Below are positions 39,949 through 54,024 of a stretch of DNA of 64,000 nt, one piece after another. The notes beneath the pieces are model-generated. The model had not been told where the DNA came from and ran no database searches. It saw nothing but the letters and a program-made list of their open reading frames with translations. The stretch is taken from assembly GCF_009914755.1 (NCBI RefSeq), contig NC_060927.1. One strand, written 5' to 3'. Within the stretch, counting starts at the first letter, position 1. Each line of letters starts with the position of its first letter. The DNA comes from the human T2T-CHM13v2.0 reference genome, Homo sapiens. Both the position numbers and the translations under genes were made by a program.

Positions 39949-40197
39949 TAAGGTTGCCAGATTAAATGCAGTTTGCCCAGTTAAATTTGAAGTTCAGATA
40001 AACAACAAATAGTTTTGTTCCAGTTAAATTTGAATTTCAGATAAGAGCAAATCGTTTTGTTTTGTTTTCAGACATACTTTTTCACATAGTAAGTACCTAT
40101 ACAAAAAAGTATTTGTTATTCATCTGAAATCCAAATTTCACTATTTTTTTCTTTGTTATTTATTTGTATATTTATTTTATTTTTGTCTGGAAATCCT
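39949..40197. mobile_element. MER53 palindromic hAT MITE with internal duplication
   Basis: AGGTTGCCAGAT..CCAGTTAAATTTGAA.TTCAGATAA (twice)..GACATACTT..ATCTGAAATCCAAATTT..TCTGGAAATCCTA. Confidence 0.85.
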
Positions 40198-40259
40198 ACT
40201 ATAAAGAAAGAAGTATAGGAAAATTTATTGGTTAAAAACATGTTATATATCAAGCTATC

Positions 40260-40606
40260 TGTCTTAGTTGGTTCAGGTTGCTATAAGAAAGACCTTAGGC
40301 TGAGTAATTTAGACAGAATCTATTTCTCACAGTTCTGGGTGCTGGGACCTCCAAGATCAAGGTGCCAGCAGATTCAGTGTCTGGTGAGGGTCTCTCCTTC
40401 AAAGTTGGCACCTTCTATATTTCCTCACATAGTGGAAAGGAGGGTCAAGCTGCCCTGGGCCTCTTTTATAAGGACACCCATTCCATTTATGAGGATGGAG
40501 CTCTTATGACGTAAACACCCTTGGCCCCGACCTCTTAGTACTATAGCAGTGGGGATTAAGTTTCCAACTGGAATTTTGGAGGGACATGAACATTCAGACT
40601 GTAGTA
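40260..40606 (-). mobile_element. MLT1A0/MSTD-like solo LTR
   Basis: TGTCTTAG..TATTTCTCACAGTTCTGG..CCAAGATCAAGGTGCCAGCAGATTC..; TSD CTATC/TTATC. Confidence 0.85.
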
Positions 40607-40952
40607 TTATCTCTAAAAATGTGTGTAATTGACTCAGTTACATTTCAATGATTAGAGAGGGAAGGGTAAATCCAAATTTAAGATCTTGTTAACTTTGATT
40701 CATTAATTCATTTTACAAATGTTCACCGAATGCCTAAAATGTCAGGTCCTAAGGGATGAGCAAAACAAACTTAATTCTTGCCTTAATGATGTTTATAACT
40801 TAACGGAGAAGAACATTAACCAAATAATCTCACAAATACATGGTAAACTATAATAAATACAATAATGGGGAAGGATGACATTCATACATATAGGGGAATG
40901 TGTTGGAAAGGGAAAGTCAGGCAAGATTTCCCTGAAGAAGTGAAATTTGAAT

Positions 40953-41431
40953 TGTTAAAGAAAACAATCAGTCAATGATACTTGTTAAAGCACAGTGAGG
41001 CTGACTTTAGTCAGGTCTATTGCAATAGACATAGGGACCATGAAAATGGGATTTTGCAATGGGGGAGAGAAATTGAACGAAACTCCAAATATAGCATGCA
41101 CAAGTGGGAATTTATAGCCAAGAAGTAGAGTGGGGGTCAGTGGATGGAAAATTGCTAAGAGGAAGCATCTGGAGTAAGAAAGATTCAAACTAAACCAACC
41201 AAACATGAATCTTGCTGAAGACAGAACAGAGTGATTAGGTATCATCTGGGGGATGGTGGAGGATGAAGAACCTGCTCATATATTGAGAGTGATCAGGTAT
41301 CTGTGGTGGAGGATTCTTGCTAAACTGACTTAGCAGGGTTCTTGCTAAAACTGGATTTTACAAGGAAGCACACAGGAGAGCTTAGGAGAAGGAGGCTGAC
41401 TGAATTTTGGTTAAGCAAAGGATAATTGTCA
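40953..41431 (-). mobile_element. MER31A solo LTR (ERV1), nested in L2
   Basis: TGTTAAAG..GATACTTGTTAAAGCAC..GGGAATTTATAGCCAAG..TTCTTGCTAAACTGACTTAGCAGGGTTCTTGCTAAAACTGG..TGTCA; TSD GAAT/GAAC. Confidence 0.88.
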
Positions 41432-41477
41432 GAACTAAAACTAAAGCCCCAGTGGGACTAAATTAGGCAAAGAAGAG

Positions 41478-41840
41478 TGTATCAGTCTGTTCTCACACTG
41501 CTAATTAAGACATACCCAAGACTGGGTAATTTATAAAGGAAAGAGGATTAATTGACTCCCAGTTCACATGGCTAGGGAGGCCTCACAATCATGGTGGAAG
41601 GCAAATAAGGAGCAAAGTCACATCTTACATGGTGGCAGGCAAGGCGGTGCATTGAGAGGAACTCCTTTTTTTAAAACCATCAGATCTTGTGAGACTTACT
41701 CATTATCAGGAGAACAGCACAGGAAAAAGATGCCCCCAAGATTCAATTACCTCCCACCGGGTCCCTCCCACAACATGTGGTTATTGCGGGAGCTACAATT
41801 CAAGATGAGATTTGGGTGGGGACACAGTCAAACCATATCA
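41478..41840 (-). mobile_element. THE1B-like solo LTR
   Basis: GACATACCCAAGACTGGGTAATTTAT..CCTCACAATCATGG..GAGATTTGGGTGGGGACACAG..AAACCATATCA. Confidence 0.93.
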
Positions 41841-42189
41841 AACAGGTAGAGGAAAGGAAGTGAATTTATACATAGATGAGGCATCAGGAACAAAAGAATT
41901 GAAAGTATGTGTCAGGTTGAATCCAGTGAGCATAGAAAGTGTTACTAAAAATTCTGCAAAGGAAGTCTAACCAGATCAAGCATGACTCAGCAAGCCATTT
42001 CAATTTTGATACTAAAACTCAATGGAAAGATCTACCAAGGTTTTAAAAGACTAGTAAGATTTGCATTTGAAAAGATGAATCTAGCTGCTCAAAAGCAAGA
42101 AGATTATTGTTGAAGGCACCATTTATAAACCATTTCCTGGTGGCCTGTATATTCTTGTAGCAAAAAGAAAATGATAGCTCAATGTATAT

Positions 42190-42269
42190 CAGATATTGGC
42201 AAACTTTTTCCATAAGGGGTCAGATAGTAAATGTTTCAGGATTTGCAGGCCATACGATCTCTGTTGCAA
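42190..42269. mobile_element. MER58 terminal fragment
   Basis: TTGGCAAACTTTTTC..AAGGGGTCAGATAGTAAAT..TTTGCAGGCCATACG.TCTCTGTTGCAA. Confidence 0.75.
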
Positions 42270-42825
42270 GTTAATAACAGAAAGGTATAACAAATTAATC
42301 AAAGATTTATGTGACCCAAGAGCCTTCAAAAATGAAGACCCAAAGATGTAGGGAAAGCTATCTGTTTTTCTGCTAAGTTTAGCGTAGAATGGACAGCCGT
42401 CTAGAAATGCGACTGGACAAAAGGATATGATTTGCTGACAATAGACTGAGAGTGTGGCAAACCGAGCCAGGCTGTCCAGACACTTCTTGGTCTCTCTGTG
42501 TAACATTTCTTCCTCCCTGGTATAGGGCACAGCCCCACTGGAATGAGGGTCTTCAAGGAAGAAGGGAGAAGGGAGAGAGTAACCTTTCAGAAGTTTTATG
42601 ACTTGCTGTGGGAAGAGAGGGATTCAAGTGTCTATGACTTGCCTTGGAGAAGACGAATTTTATTTCCTATGAACTCACTATGGGGGAGAAAGGGGAGCAG
42701 AAGACAGGGGGCTGGGAGAAGGGCAGACAGAGGCTTTGCTTTGAGGCCTTCTAATTTCCTTTAGTTCAAAGTCCTTGGGATGCCAAAGCATTATATTTTG
42801 GAGTATTCTCTTCTAAGCCACAACA
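42270..42825 (-). mobile_element. MER39-like LTR (ERV1), 3'-truncated
   Basis: GAGCCTTCA..ATGAAGACCCAAAGA..GGAATGAGGGTCTTCAAGG..CCTTTAGTTCAAAGT..ATATTTTGG..CAACA. Confidence 0.82.
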
Positions 42826-43557
42826 AACTAAAAAAATGAAAATCATTTTATCTTAATACAAGGTATATGAGGCAATTGAAGCCAGCAGGGGCTGACATCT
42901 TCTATAATGCTTAATTGCTAAAGTCTTTCCAGTGCTTCTCCATTCTGGGTAGACCTTAAATTATCTTCACTTTTCTTCCCTGCTATATGTCTTATTTTCT
43001 GATATATTTGTTTATCTACTGGTGATTATCAGCTCTGCTCTCTATCACCACTTGTTGAACTATATTCTCCATGATTTTTAATATTATCTAGTGTGGTGCC
43101 TCCCAAGCAATGTTCATGACCTCACAAATGGGTCACTTGTTAGCCTTGGGGCACCAGGGCAGAGTTTGATGAGGCTTTGGATGGGCTGGCCACAGTGATC
43201 ATATATAGCTAAAAGTGGCCTCTTTCATTATTCTTGACAGTATGAGTGTATTACTATTTTCTCTCTATGCCTTGACTTGGAAAAATTTGGAAAACCCTGA
43301 TCAACTGTAACGGAAAGAGTCAGTAACAGGCATATCAGAGGTTCTCTGGTTAAGGAAGTAGATATTGAAAAGAGAACCATTTTGGGGTCAGAACACTGGT
43401 TCTCATATACCAGCTGATATAACCTTGGGCAAATAGTTTCTCTAAGCTCAACTGACTAATTTGTAAAAAGAGAATAATAGTAGTTGAACATAAGAAGTAA
43501 CTGTTATGCTTTTTTTGAGAGTATTTAATTAGATAATACTTTTAACTTCTAGCATGG

Positions 43558-44311
<754 letters not shown>

Positions 44312-45054
44312 GAAGCGATAGTATACCCTTGTCTAAGTCACTGTTCTATTCCTACAACTAGACTCAAAAGAATTGTCTTACCTTAGAAAGATTCATCACT
44401 TTGTGTAACACTCACTTTGTGTACCACCAGTTAAGTTCAGCAGAAGACTTAGGTGTAGAAAGGTATTTCAGATTTCTTGGCAAACCGTTCACATAGCTGG
44501 TAACAAAGTGCATCATGAATTGTGAATCACTTTCACATTTTTGTGCTGATAAGAGGACGCTCTCATGGTATAGCCCAGAGTAAACTAACATGCATGACGT
44601 GATTTATTCTAACCAACCCGATGAAATGCAGATGTGAATGGAAGCTCTAGGCAAAAATATTACATGGTGTATTTCACTGAAGAGGAGAAAAATGTATTGA
44701 CTAGCAAAATGTTAAGTATCTGAAACCCAAGGTGGTGGTAAGGACTAGAAAAATTATTTTGATTGCAGAAAAATGTTTTTTTCTCCATTTCTTTTTAAAG
44801 AAAAATTCAGCATAAAAAGCAGATATCGCAGGAATCAGTCCTAATGATTATATTCTCCTATTGTTATAACAACTGAAATGAGAACACAACCTAAATGAAT
44901 TTTTCTGTTGAGTTTGTAAAAAGAAGTACATGTTACATTAAATTCACTCATCCATGCATGGATCTTTAGAAAGAAATAGTTTGAAAAAATCTCAAGTCTT
45001 TTAGAGAATGTGACTAATCTGGTCTGGGTATTTCTGGTCAGGGTGCATCTTCTC

Positions 45055-45887
45055 TGCTACAGACAATTCTTGTGTCTACTCAAAATCCATGTGTTGAAAC
45101 CTAATCCTCAATTTGATAGTATTAGGAGGTGGGACTTTTGGGAAATGATTATAAGAGTGAGGCTCTCATGAAGGGAATTAGTGCCCTTAGAAAGGAGGGC
45201 CCAGAGAGATTCTCTGTGCCATCAGCCATATGAGGACTCTGAGAAGATGGCCTGTAGGAACCAGAAAGCAGGCCCTCTCCAGACACCAAATCTGCCTGCA
45301 CATTGATCTTGGATTTGCTAGCCTCTCAAATTGTGAAAAATAAATTTCTAGGGTTTATAAGTGTCTCAGTCTGTTTATGTTGCTATAAAGGTATGCCTGA
45401 GGCTGAGTAATTTATAAATAAAAAAATTTGATTTGGCTCATAGTTCTGAAGGCTGTACAAGAAGCATGATGCCAACATTTGCCTCTGATAAGGGCATCAG
45501 TCTGCTTCCACTTATGGCAGAAGGCAATGGGGAACCAGTGTAGAGGTCACATGGCCAGAGAGGAAGTGAGAGTGAGAGAGAGAAAGAGACAGAGAGAGAG
45601 ATACAGAGAGATACAGAGAGAGAAAGAGAGGAGGGAGGTGCCAGGCTCTTTTTAACTACTAGTTCTTTCAGGAATTAATAGTGAGAACTCTCACAGCACC
45701 CCCCCCCCGACACTCACAGTCCCCTGGAATTAATCTGTGCATGAAGGGACCACCTCCATTAGGCCCCACTTCAAACACTGGGGATCAGATTTCAACAGGA
45801 AATTTGAAGAGGATAAACATTCAAATTGTAGCAATACATTGCACTGTAAGTTGTATTGTGTTATGACAGCTCAAACAGATTTAGACA
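45055..45887 (+). mobile_element. MLT1A0 LTR split by an MST insertion
   Basis: TGTTGAAACCTAATCC..ATTAGGAGGTGGG..AATAAATTTCT up to 45361; resumes TGTTATGACAGC..TTAGACA after 45833. Confidence 0.82.
45362..45833 (-). mobile_element. MSTB-family solo LTR with internal (GA)n
   Basis: TGTCTCAGTC..TTGCTATAAAG..TTTGGCTCATAGTTCTG..GGTGCCAGGCTCTTTTTAA..TAGGCCCCAC..TAGCA. Confidence 0.85.
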
Positions 45888-47949
45888 CTCACTTTGAAAC
45901 CCTTTGCCTGAACCTTTTGTGTCATAATCCTGCTGCTACTGTTGATGTTGTACACATACCACTCATTGGAACTGCAAGACCACCAGGTTACCGTATGATC
46001 ATATTTTTATGTGAATATATATATTAAAAACCTTTAAGCCAGAGATATGCACATAACTCTTATTGAAATTATGATTAAGCAAAGTGAAAAGGTGATAGTC
46101 CTAAGTATCCTTTTTCTAAGGAAATGATTAGAGTATTGCTTTACAGCTGTTGACTTTGCAAGTGTCCTTGGAGTACGGCATTCCTTCCACTCTCCCCTTC
46201 CCAACCCCCGACCCAGTAGTTAATGGTGGGCTTCTAGTACACACGCTGAGAATCATCTCCCACTTTGGAAATGATGATAACTCAGAATGGATCATAACCG
46301 GACTCGCGATAGTTTTCATAGACAGGTAATAAAAAGAAGACATTCAACATGAAAAATTAAAGGTGTTACGAAGATGCCAAGAGATATATTCTTCATTTTA
46401 TTGTAGAATTATCAGAAGGAGATGAAGAGTTCCAACCTTTAAGAGCAGGCAACAGTAATTTTCCGTGGTTCTGTGGGACACCTTATGCTTAGCAATGAAA
46501 GTGTGTAATAAACTCTCTGGATGAAATATTACCGCTAGCTTCCAGAACTTTATTCTGTTTATCCTCTCCATGGGATTCTGCTATAATGTTAACTCTTAGA
46601 ATGCTAAGATTTGCCAATGTCTGACACTTCCAGTTCATCAGTTGTGGTTCTTTATGTGAATATTTGACTAGAGAGCTTCAGAATGTTATAACATTCTTTA
46701 ATGGAAAGGGAAAATTAGTTTTCGGATGTGAGTTTCGTTTTATGGAAAACTAAATTTTCTTCCATCTAAGAATTTTAACTTATGAAATTATAGGAGACAA
46801 GAAGTATGTTTTTTATAAATAGTGGAGTGTTTCTAGTGTCATCTGCCTTGTCTGAATTTTCACATCAAGTAAACATTTTCTTAGAGCATTTATGAATCAT
46901 GAAACAGTGTTTGTCTATTAAACAGATTCTGGTCATAAGTTTTTCAAGGGCTTAATTTATAATTCTCTCCAGCACCTTGATTCTTTATGCTTTGTCTGTA
47001 TTAAATTTCCATCATCTTTTTCCTTTTTTCTTATTGAAATTATTTTGGGGTCAAATACATTCATTTTTTTTGTTATTTTAATAAAGAAAACCGAAGCTAT
47101 GCATCCAAGAGCACATAAGAAATTTATTATTCATGAATATACATTTATATGTGCAAATGTATGTATAATAGACTTAATACGTGCTTGTATCATTGAAAAA
47201 CTTTGTTACTAACAGGCTTTGGGAATCATGTCTGTGACATGAAGTTGAAACAAGACAAAAAAACTTGAGCACCAAATTTGCTCATTGGTGGTTTAGCAAC
47301 TGTGTAGAATTTCAAGGATTATGTCCTCATTAGCTGATACTGCTCTAGATGTACTATATTTAATGTTATACTTTTCTGAATATACTAATGTTCAAAAAAG
47401 AATACAATTAAAATATTAGTTAATATGCCCACTTCAGGTGCAAACACATTTTACATGTGTCTCCGCACAATTCCTTGTTTATGTGTGCATTTTAATGGTT
47501 TATTTAGATCTTATGTTCTGTATCTTTTGTGATATTCTCAGTACATTTAGCTACTTAAATTTGAAATGTGAAAATTATTCTTTCCTTCCTAAATTGATCT
47601 CTAATATGATAGAAAATTTTTAGTGCTTACTATAAACGTCAAAGTTGGGTCTTTATCTTTTATTTGACAAAATTCATATATATGAATACATGCATAGTAT
47701 AACCTTTAGTCAGTGAACACCCATAAAGTCACCTTACTTGAGTTAATTAATTCGAAAATTATGCATTCACTACTTACGGGGGTGTTAAAATTTTATCTTG
47801 CGGTGGGGTTGCAAACTCTCACTGCAAATCCCTTAAACATTGGCAAATTACAGTTTCACATATAAGAGATAGAACTAGTATCCTGTTCATTCAAGAAAAG
47901 CCAGTTAGAGCAATGTTGTCTAAGGTGGCCTCTTGATCGTGGCCAAAGC

Positions 47950-48160
47950 TGTCCTGGGACTAGAGTGAAGCAGGTGAAGTGCCCGGGGTATGCTTCACAC
48001 TCTTCAGTCTCCCAAGTGCCCATCCTGTTCTTGAACAACCCTGAAAGTTGTTCAAGTGAGGTGCCTTGGGGGCAAAATTTAATGAAGTCCTCACTCTCAG
48101 GATCATGCATCTGTCCCCTGAATTTTGTACTTGCTACACAATTGTCTAGGTCCTGGACTG
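47950..48160. mobile_element. MER96/MER96B-like palindromic hAT MITE
   Basis: GGGACTAGAGTGAAGCAGGTGAAG..GGGCAAAATTTAA.GAAG..CTCACTCTCAGG..AATTTTG..CTAGGTCCTGG. Confidence 0.65.
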
Positions 48161-49400
48161 TAGCAGGTTTCACAAAAATGTGTACAGGGTGCCCCTCCTG
48201 TGTCACTGAGCTGCAGCCAGAGGCAGTGTATGCATGCAGAAATGAATGACAGTCTCTTGGAAACCAAGCGATAATCTTGTATAATGTTGAGTGATGCTAG
48301 CAGGTATGTGGATGTAGGCCATAACTGAGCACTTCTGAGGCAAGTTGCATACTTACCTGAAAGTGCGGACCCTTTTTTGGTAGCTGCATTTTTGTAATTA
48401 TTGGATCCCATAGAACCATGCTCACTTGTGAGAAATAAGGGGATAATTTGTGCTCCCAATTAAAGTTTTTTGGACTCTTGATGTTGATTCCCTGCAAGAG
48501 GATACTGGAACTTGCACTGGAGAGGCTGAGTTAGGGTTTTATGGATAGACTTAAGCCAAAGGCAATATGAAATTGTCCAAATGGTGTAGGGTTCTCTTTG
48601 TCCCAAGAGTTATATTCTTGCAAGGAGTTATTCACTGGCCTATGTGTGAATGAAAATATGGCCATCTATAGTTAATGTATTGGGCTTTAGTGTTAGGAGA
48701 CAGTGATATTTGAAAAGTCATCCACACATAGTGAAACCATTAATAATCAAGATCTAATGAATAAACTCAGCCATCTGCAGAGCCTCCTAAAACACTGTGT
48801 TTAAATACATTGTAGATGCAACAAGAGTGATGCGAGTCAGATTTAGAAGACCAGGCTGTTTTCCAGAAAGCTGTAATGCTCTGAAATGTATTGTAATGTT
48901 TCTGAAATAATGGTTGGATTGTTATAACAAAAGCGTGATGGTTTGAAAAAGGCACAAAAAGGGGAATGAAAATTTAAAATTGCTAGTGCATATCCAGGAA
49001 CTGGTATGGGTTGTGGTTCTTGATCTAGATAAGTGCTTTGCTCTCCTTAGATAGTTCTAGCCTTTGTATATCAAAGGTAATAGTCATACTACATTGCTCG
49101 AAACGGAATTCACATTTTGATACATCTCACCTTACATTGGAGTCTCCTTAGTAGCGTAAATGAACCTGATCATCTCTCAGTATATTGATGAATACAATTC
49201 CTGTACATGCTAAAATGAGGGCTCCGATTTTGACTTGGTGTTGAAGTCCCTTCTTAGTTGCCACTCTCTCTCATTCTTTTTCTGGTGCTGCAGCTTTTTG
49301 CTGCCTCCTTCTTCCCTGGGCTTGTGGCAGCAGGTCGAGTGTATTGGGTTATCCAGTGGGCTGATTCCAATTTAGATCCTGTGGAAGACTGTGCTTTAGA

Positions 49401-49719
49401 GGAGGGATCAGCAAACCACGGCCACATGCCAGGTCTGGCCCACTGCCATTTTTTGGTATGACTCGTGAGCTAAGAATGGTTTTTCCGGTTTTAAATAACT
49501 GAATAAAACTTTAAAGAAGAATAATATTGTAGGACACATGAAAACTTGATGAAAGTCAAGTGTCAGTGTCCACAAATAAAGTTTTATCAGAACACAGCCA
49601 CACTCACTTATTTTTTGTACTACCACAGTGGAGGTGAGCAGAGACAGAGTTGATAACAAGAGACCGCATTACCCACAAATCGTAAAATATTTACTCTCTA
49701 GACTTTTACAGATCTCTGC
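49401..49719 (+). mobile_element. MER58B
   Basis: CAGCAAACCACGGCC..GAGCTAAGAATGGTTTTT..AATAAAGTTTTAT..GAACACAGCCAC..AAAATATTTACT. Confidence 0.88.
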
Positions 49720-51844
49720 CCTAGATAGTCCAGGGAAATGAGCTGAAAGTTTCCATAAAAGCTCTGACGTCTTTGCAGTTGTCGTATAGTTCGGTCTTCA
49801 AGGGGTGGAAAGTTGTGTTGTGGAAGTGCATCCTGGAAAAAGAGCGGATATGAGAAGGAAAGCAAAGGGAATGAAGGTGGTGATATTATTTTTTTCTGGT
49901 TTATATTGACAATCTTGAAACTGAATCAAGAATCAAACTTCTAAATTCAGATTCATTTAACAATTCTTAAAAATGCTTTATGTTCCAGGGATCAAGGTTG
50001 GTGATTTATGAGAAAACAAGAACACTAGTCCATTCACAAAAGTCATCTCAAAACATAATTATGCACTTTTCTGAATGATTGCTTAACTGTTTCAATTAGT
50101 ATGTCTCCTCTACAAGTAGTGCTCTTTATAGGGTAAATTTAAAATCTCTACATTCAAAGTCTTTATCCTCTTTCTATGTTTCTTCTCTCTTCTCCGTTCT
50201 CCTGCCTCCCTTCTCCCTTTACATCTCTATCTACACTAGGTGTGAAACACTGGACAAGTTACTTAAGTTCTCATTTACTCTCATTATAAATGAGAACTTA
50301 CATACTAGGGCCTTACTTACATACAAGGGCTATTTTAGAAACGTTAAATAAGAGGATCTGTAGTACTCAGCATACACATAAGTAACACAGGCAAATTTTG
50401 ATTCTTATAATGTGAGTTTTCTTATGAAACTAAGAAGAAAGTGATTCAGAAGTGCTACATTAATAAGAAAAAATAGAAGTTCAAAATACATTTACTGTTC
50501 TATAGCTACATAACACTTTATTCTTGTGAAAGTTTAAGAATGACCTGCTAAGTATTTCAGTTATCAAACCTAATATATGCTGGGCCATTTGGGTCATGAT
50601 TTTTATCCGGGACCAGGCATGTGTTACCGTTAAACACTTTCATTCATCATTTACTAGCTAACAGCTAAACAAAACTAGTTGTTTAATGCGAAATCACTAA
50701 ATTGCTGCAGTAGTCACTTGTAATGAATAACAGAATATTACACTGCCAATAATTACAGGTGATTAATATTTTCTGGTCAGTTTCCATTCCAGGATTTGAG
50801 TTATGTGGATAACTGGAACATTCCACCTTTTATGAGTGACAAAATCTTAATCCACATCAAGAGTTCTGTATTGTCCTGTGAATATCTAAAGCTAAAGAAA
50901 GAATTTAGAGACTGTAAACTACATTGAAGGAGATTTTAAAAAGGGGGAGAAAGGGAAAGAGAAGGAAGGAGGGAGAGAGTGAACATGTGAGAGAGTAAAG
51001 GCAGGGGAAAGGAGGGAGGGAGCAAGAAAAGAAAAAGGAAAAGCATTATTAAAAAGTGTCTGGTTTAGGCATAGTCAATTCTTATATCAGGAAGAGGATA
51101 TTAAACGGAAAAGAGATGCGTAAATCAATATCGTCTCTATTTTGAGGGCTATTAAAATAATCCTTAAGTTTCTTTCCATTTCTGACTTTGATGCTAAGAT
51201 TGCTCTCCAAATATTATATTTTTCATTATATTCTATGCCATTTATAGTTTGTAGGAGAGAAGGAAATAAATGATGAGGTCCCATACTAAAGCTGAAAATT
51301 TTTAATCTCTCAGACAACAGATAATCATGTCACCGTGCATAAAACATAACCATCAGTAGTAAATGTATAAAACTGAGTTGCTTAAAGTCATAGAATAATT
51401 GCTTCTACCAACTTTGTAAGAAAGAGTATACTATTTTTGCATAAAATGTAAATTAAAGTTGAAATATTATCTGTGTTGAATGGAAGTATACAATTCTTTC
51501 TCGGTACAGGGAATCAGTAGAGCCTTACAGGAGGATCTTCCATGTTGCTTTTAGTTTGGGTGAAAACTGTTATCACTGGATTTGCATTAAATGAAGTTCC
51601 TTCCTCTTAAGATAGGATGATTGGCAGGGATTAAGGCTTTATTACTACAAGATTTCTAAGCCAAGCTTCTCTTTTTCATGAATAATACCTACCCCCTTAT
51701 TTATTCATGGTATTTTTGACAGCTGACAGTTCAGGAAGTATATGTGCTTCTGTATTAACTATTAAAGCTCTCTGTTTACATATGGGTGGAGATGGCTGGT
51801 ACATTTCCACTTACTCCACCAGGTATGTTAAAATCATAAGTGAG

Positions 51845-52047
51845 GAAAAAATTATATAATAAAATAAATTTTATAATAAAATAATTAAAATTATTATAAA
51901 ATAATTAAAATATAATATTTTAAAATTATTATAAAAGTTATAAAATTATTATAAAAATTATTATAAAATTATTATTAAAATTATATAAAATATTATATTT
52001 TAAAATTATTATATAATAAAATAATTAAAATATTACAATAAAATAAA
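51845..52047. repeat. ~200-bp almost pure A/T degenerate tandem repeat
   Basis: Repeated AAAATTATTAT/AAAATAATT; only two G/C bases. Confidence 0.92.
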
Positions 52048-52700
52048 GCAAGACATGTGGAAGTATTAGAGGGAAATATCCAGAGATTATCAAGCCATAT
52101 TTAGTTGCACCTTTTCTCGTGGTATTCCATTTCAGTGATTTTAAAAAATATATCAATGATGAGTCAACTAGATACAAATGTTATTACTTCTGGAATTCAC
52201 TTTGGCCTTGTTGAACTGAAATAGTTCTATGTAAACGTATATCTGTCTGTCTATCTAATTTGCTTAGTTTTACTTCTATAATACATGATTTGACCTTTAT
52301 TTTTCCATTTATTAATATCATATTTCCATGGTAGGTCTTCCTAGAGTATAAAGAAATCACGTTTCTCAAAAATAATAGTGTTAATATCAAAATTGCGAGT
52401 GAGTACAAAGAGCATCATGCCAAGTGAATGGCTTATCTCCAGAAAAGCTGCGTCCTGGTGAAAAGGGGAACTGAGCAAAATGCACATTTTGATTGTGTGT
52501 ATCAGATAAATTATAGCTGCCAGCAATCCTCTCTATAGGGAGAAAATTCACAGGATGGGTTTATCCAAAGGAAGGAAAAAGGGTCATCTCCCCTACCTTG
52601 CTCTTGTCTGAGCCTGCAGTTGCTGTTTTCATTCACTCCCACAGGGGTGATTATAGAGCAGCCTCAACACCAAAGCAGGCAAAAAAAAAAAAAAAATGTT

Positions 52701-53054
<354 letters not shown>

Positions 53055-53734
53055 TTAAAATTATTAGGCCAGTCTTAGTTTTTTTGGTGTTTTCAACAAA
53101 AATATCCTGAACCATTAAATCTGGGTTTGAGTCAAGAATGAAATAATAAGTTGAAGTGACTAGACTAAGTTCAGTGAAGGAAAGGAATTGAGAGATTTTT
53201 CTTAGGAAATAGATAACTGTTGACAAGTAAATAGTTATTAAAAATATATGTCACTGCAGTGTCAGCCACTTATTTATTTTTAATTAAGGATCTGTTGACC
53301 TTTTTGGCCTTAAATAATTGTGTTAAATAGAAAATATTGCCATTTAAACTTCTGTGTAGATTACTGTTAACTATAATTTAGGAATATGCTTCCTTAAAGT
53401 TTTTGTAAGTTTATTTTCTGGATCATTTCTCAATGACTTGATTCTTAATTTGGTCTAAGTGCTATTTTCTGATGCTTTTATAGAGTTTACCATGTTGGTT
53501 TAAAATATACTTTGCTGCCAGTTTACTAAGAGAGTAGCTGAGATGTACTGACTGAATTACTCTTAGTTGCTTGTATCCTAATTATAGAATTCTTTACTAA
53601 TCCAAAAGTAATTCAGCAAAAATACTTGACTCAGTAAATTCTTATTTTAATCCTTGTATTTTACTATAAAAAGATATTTTAAAATATTTCTTTGAGACAG
53701 ACTTTTCTTTCAGTACAATAAGATATATGAATGG

Positions 53735-54024
53735 TGCTGGGCATGCTGGCTCATGCCTGTAATCCCGGCGCTTTGGAAGGCTGAAGTGAGAGGATTGCTT
53801 GAGGCCAGGAGTTTGAGGTCAGCCTGGGCAACATAGCAAGACCCTGTCTCTACAAAAAGTTTTTGAAAAATGAGCCAGGTATGGTTGCAACTGCCTGTAG
53901 CCCTAGCAATTCAGGAAGCCAAGGTGGGAGGATCATTTGAGGCCAGGAGTTCAAGGTTCCAGTGAGCTATGATTGTGCTACTGTACCCCAGCCTGGGAAA
54001 CAGAGCAAGACCTTGTCTCTAACA
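53735..54024 (+). mobile_element. AluJ with perfect 15-bp TSD
   Basis: GAGGATTGCTTGAGGCCAGG; TSD AAGATATATGAATGG at 53720 and 54025. Confidence 0.92.

Noticed and set aside
48349-48359. ATACTTACCTG, identical to the U1 snRNA 5' end
   Set aside because: The match stops after 11 nt, so it is not a U1 pseudogene; better read as a minus-strand donor
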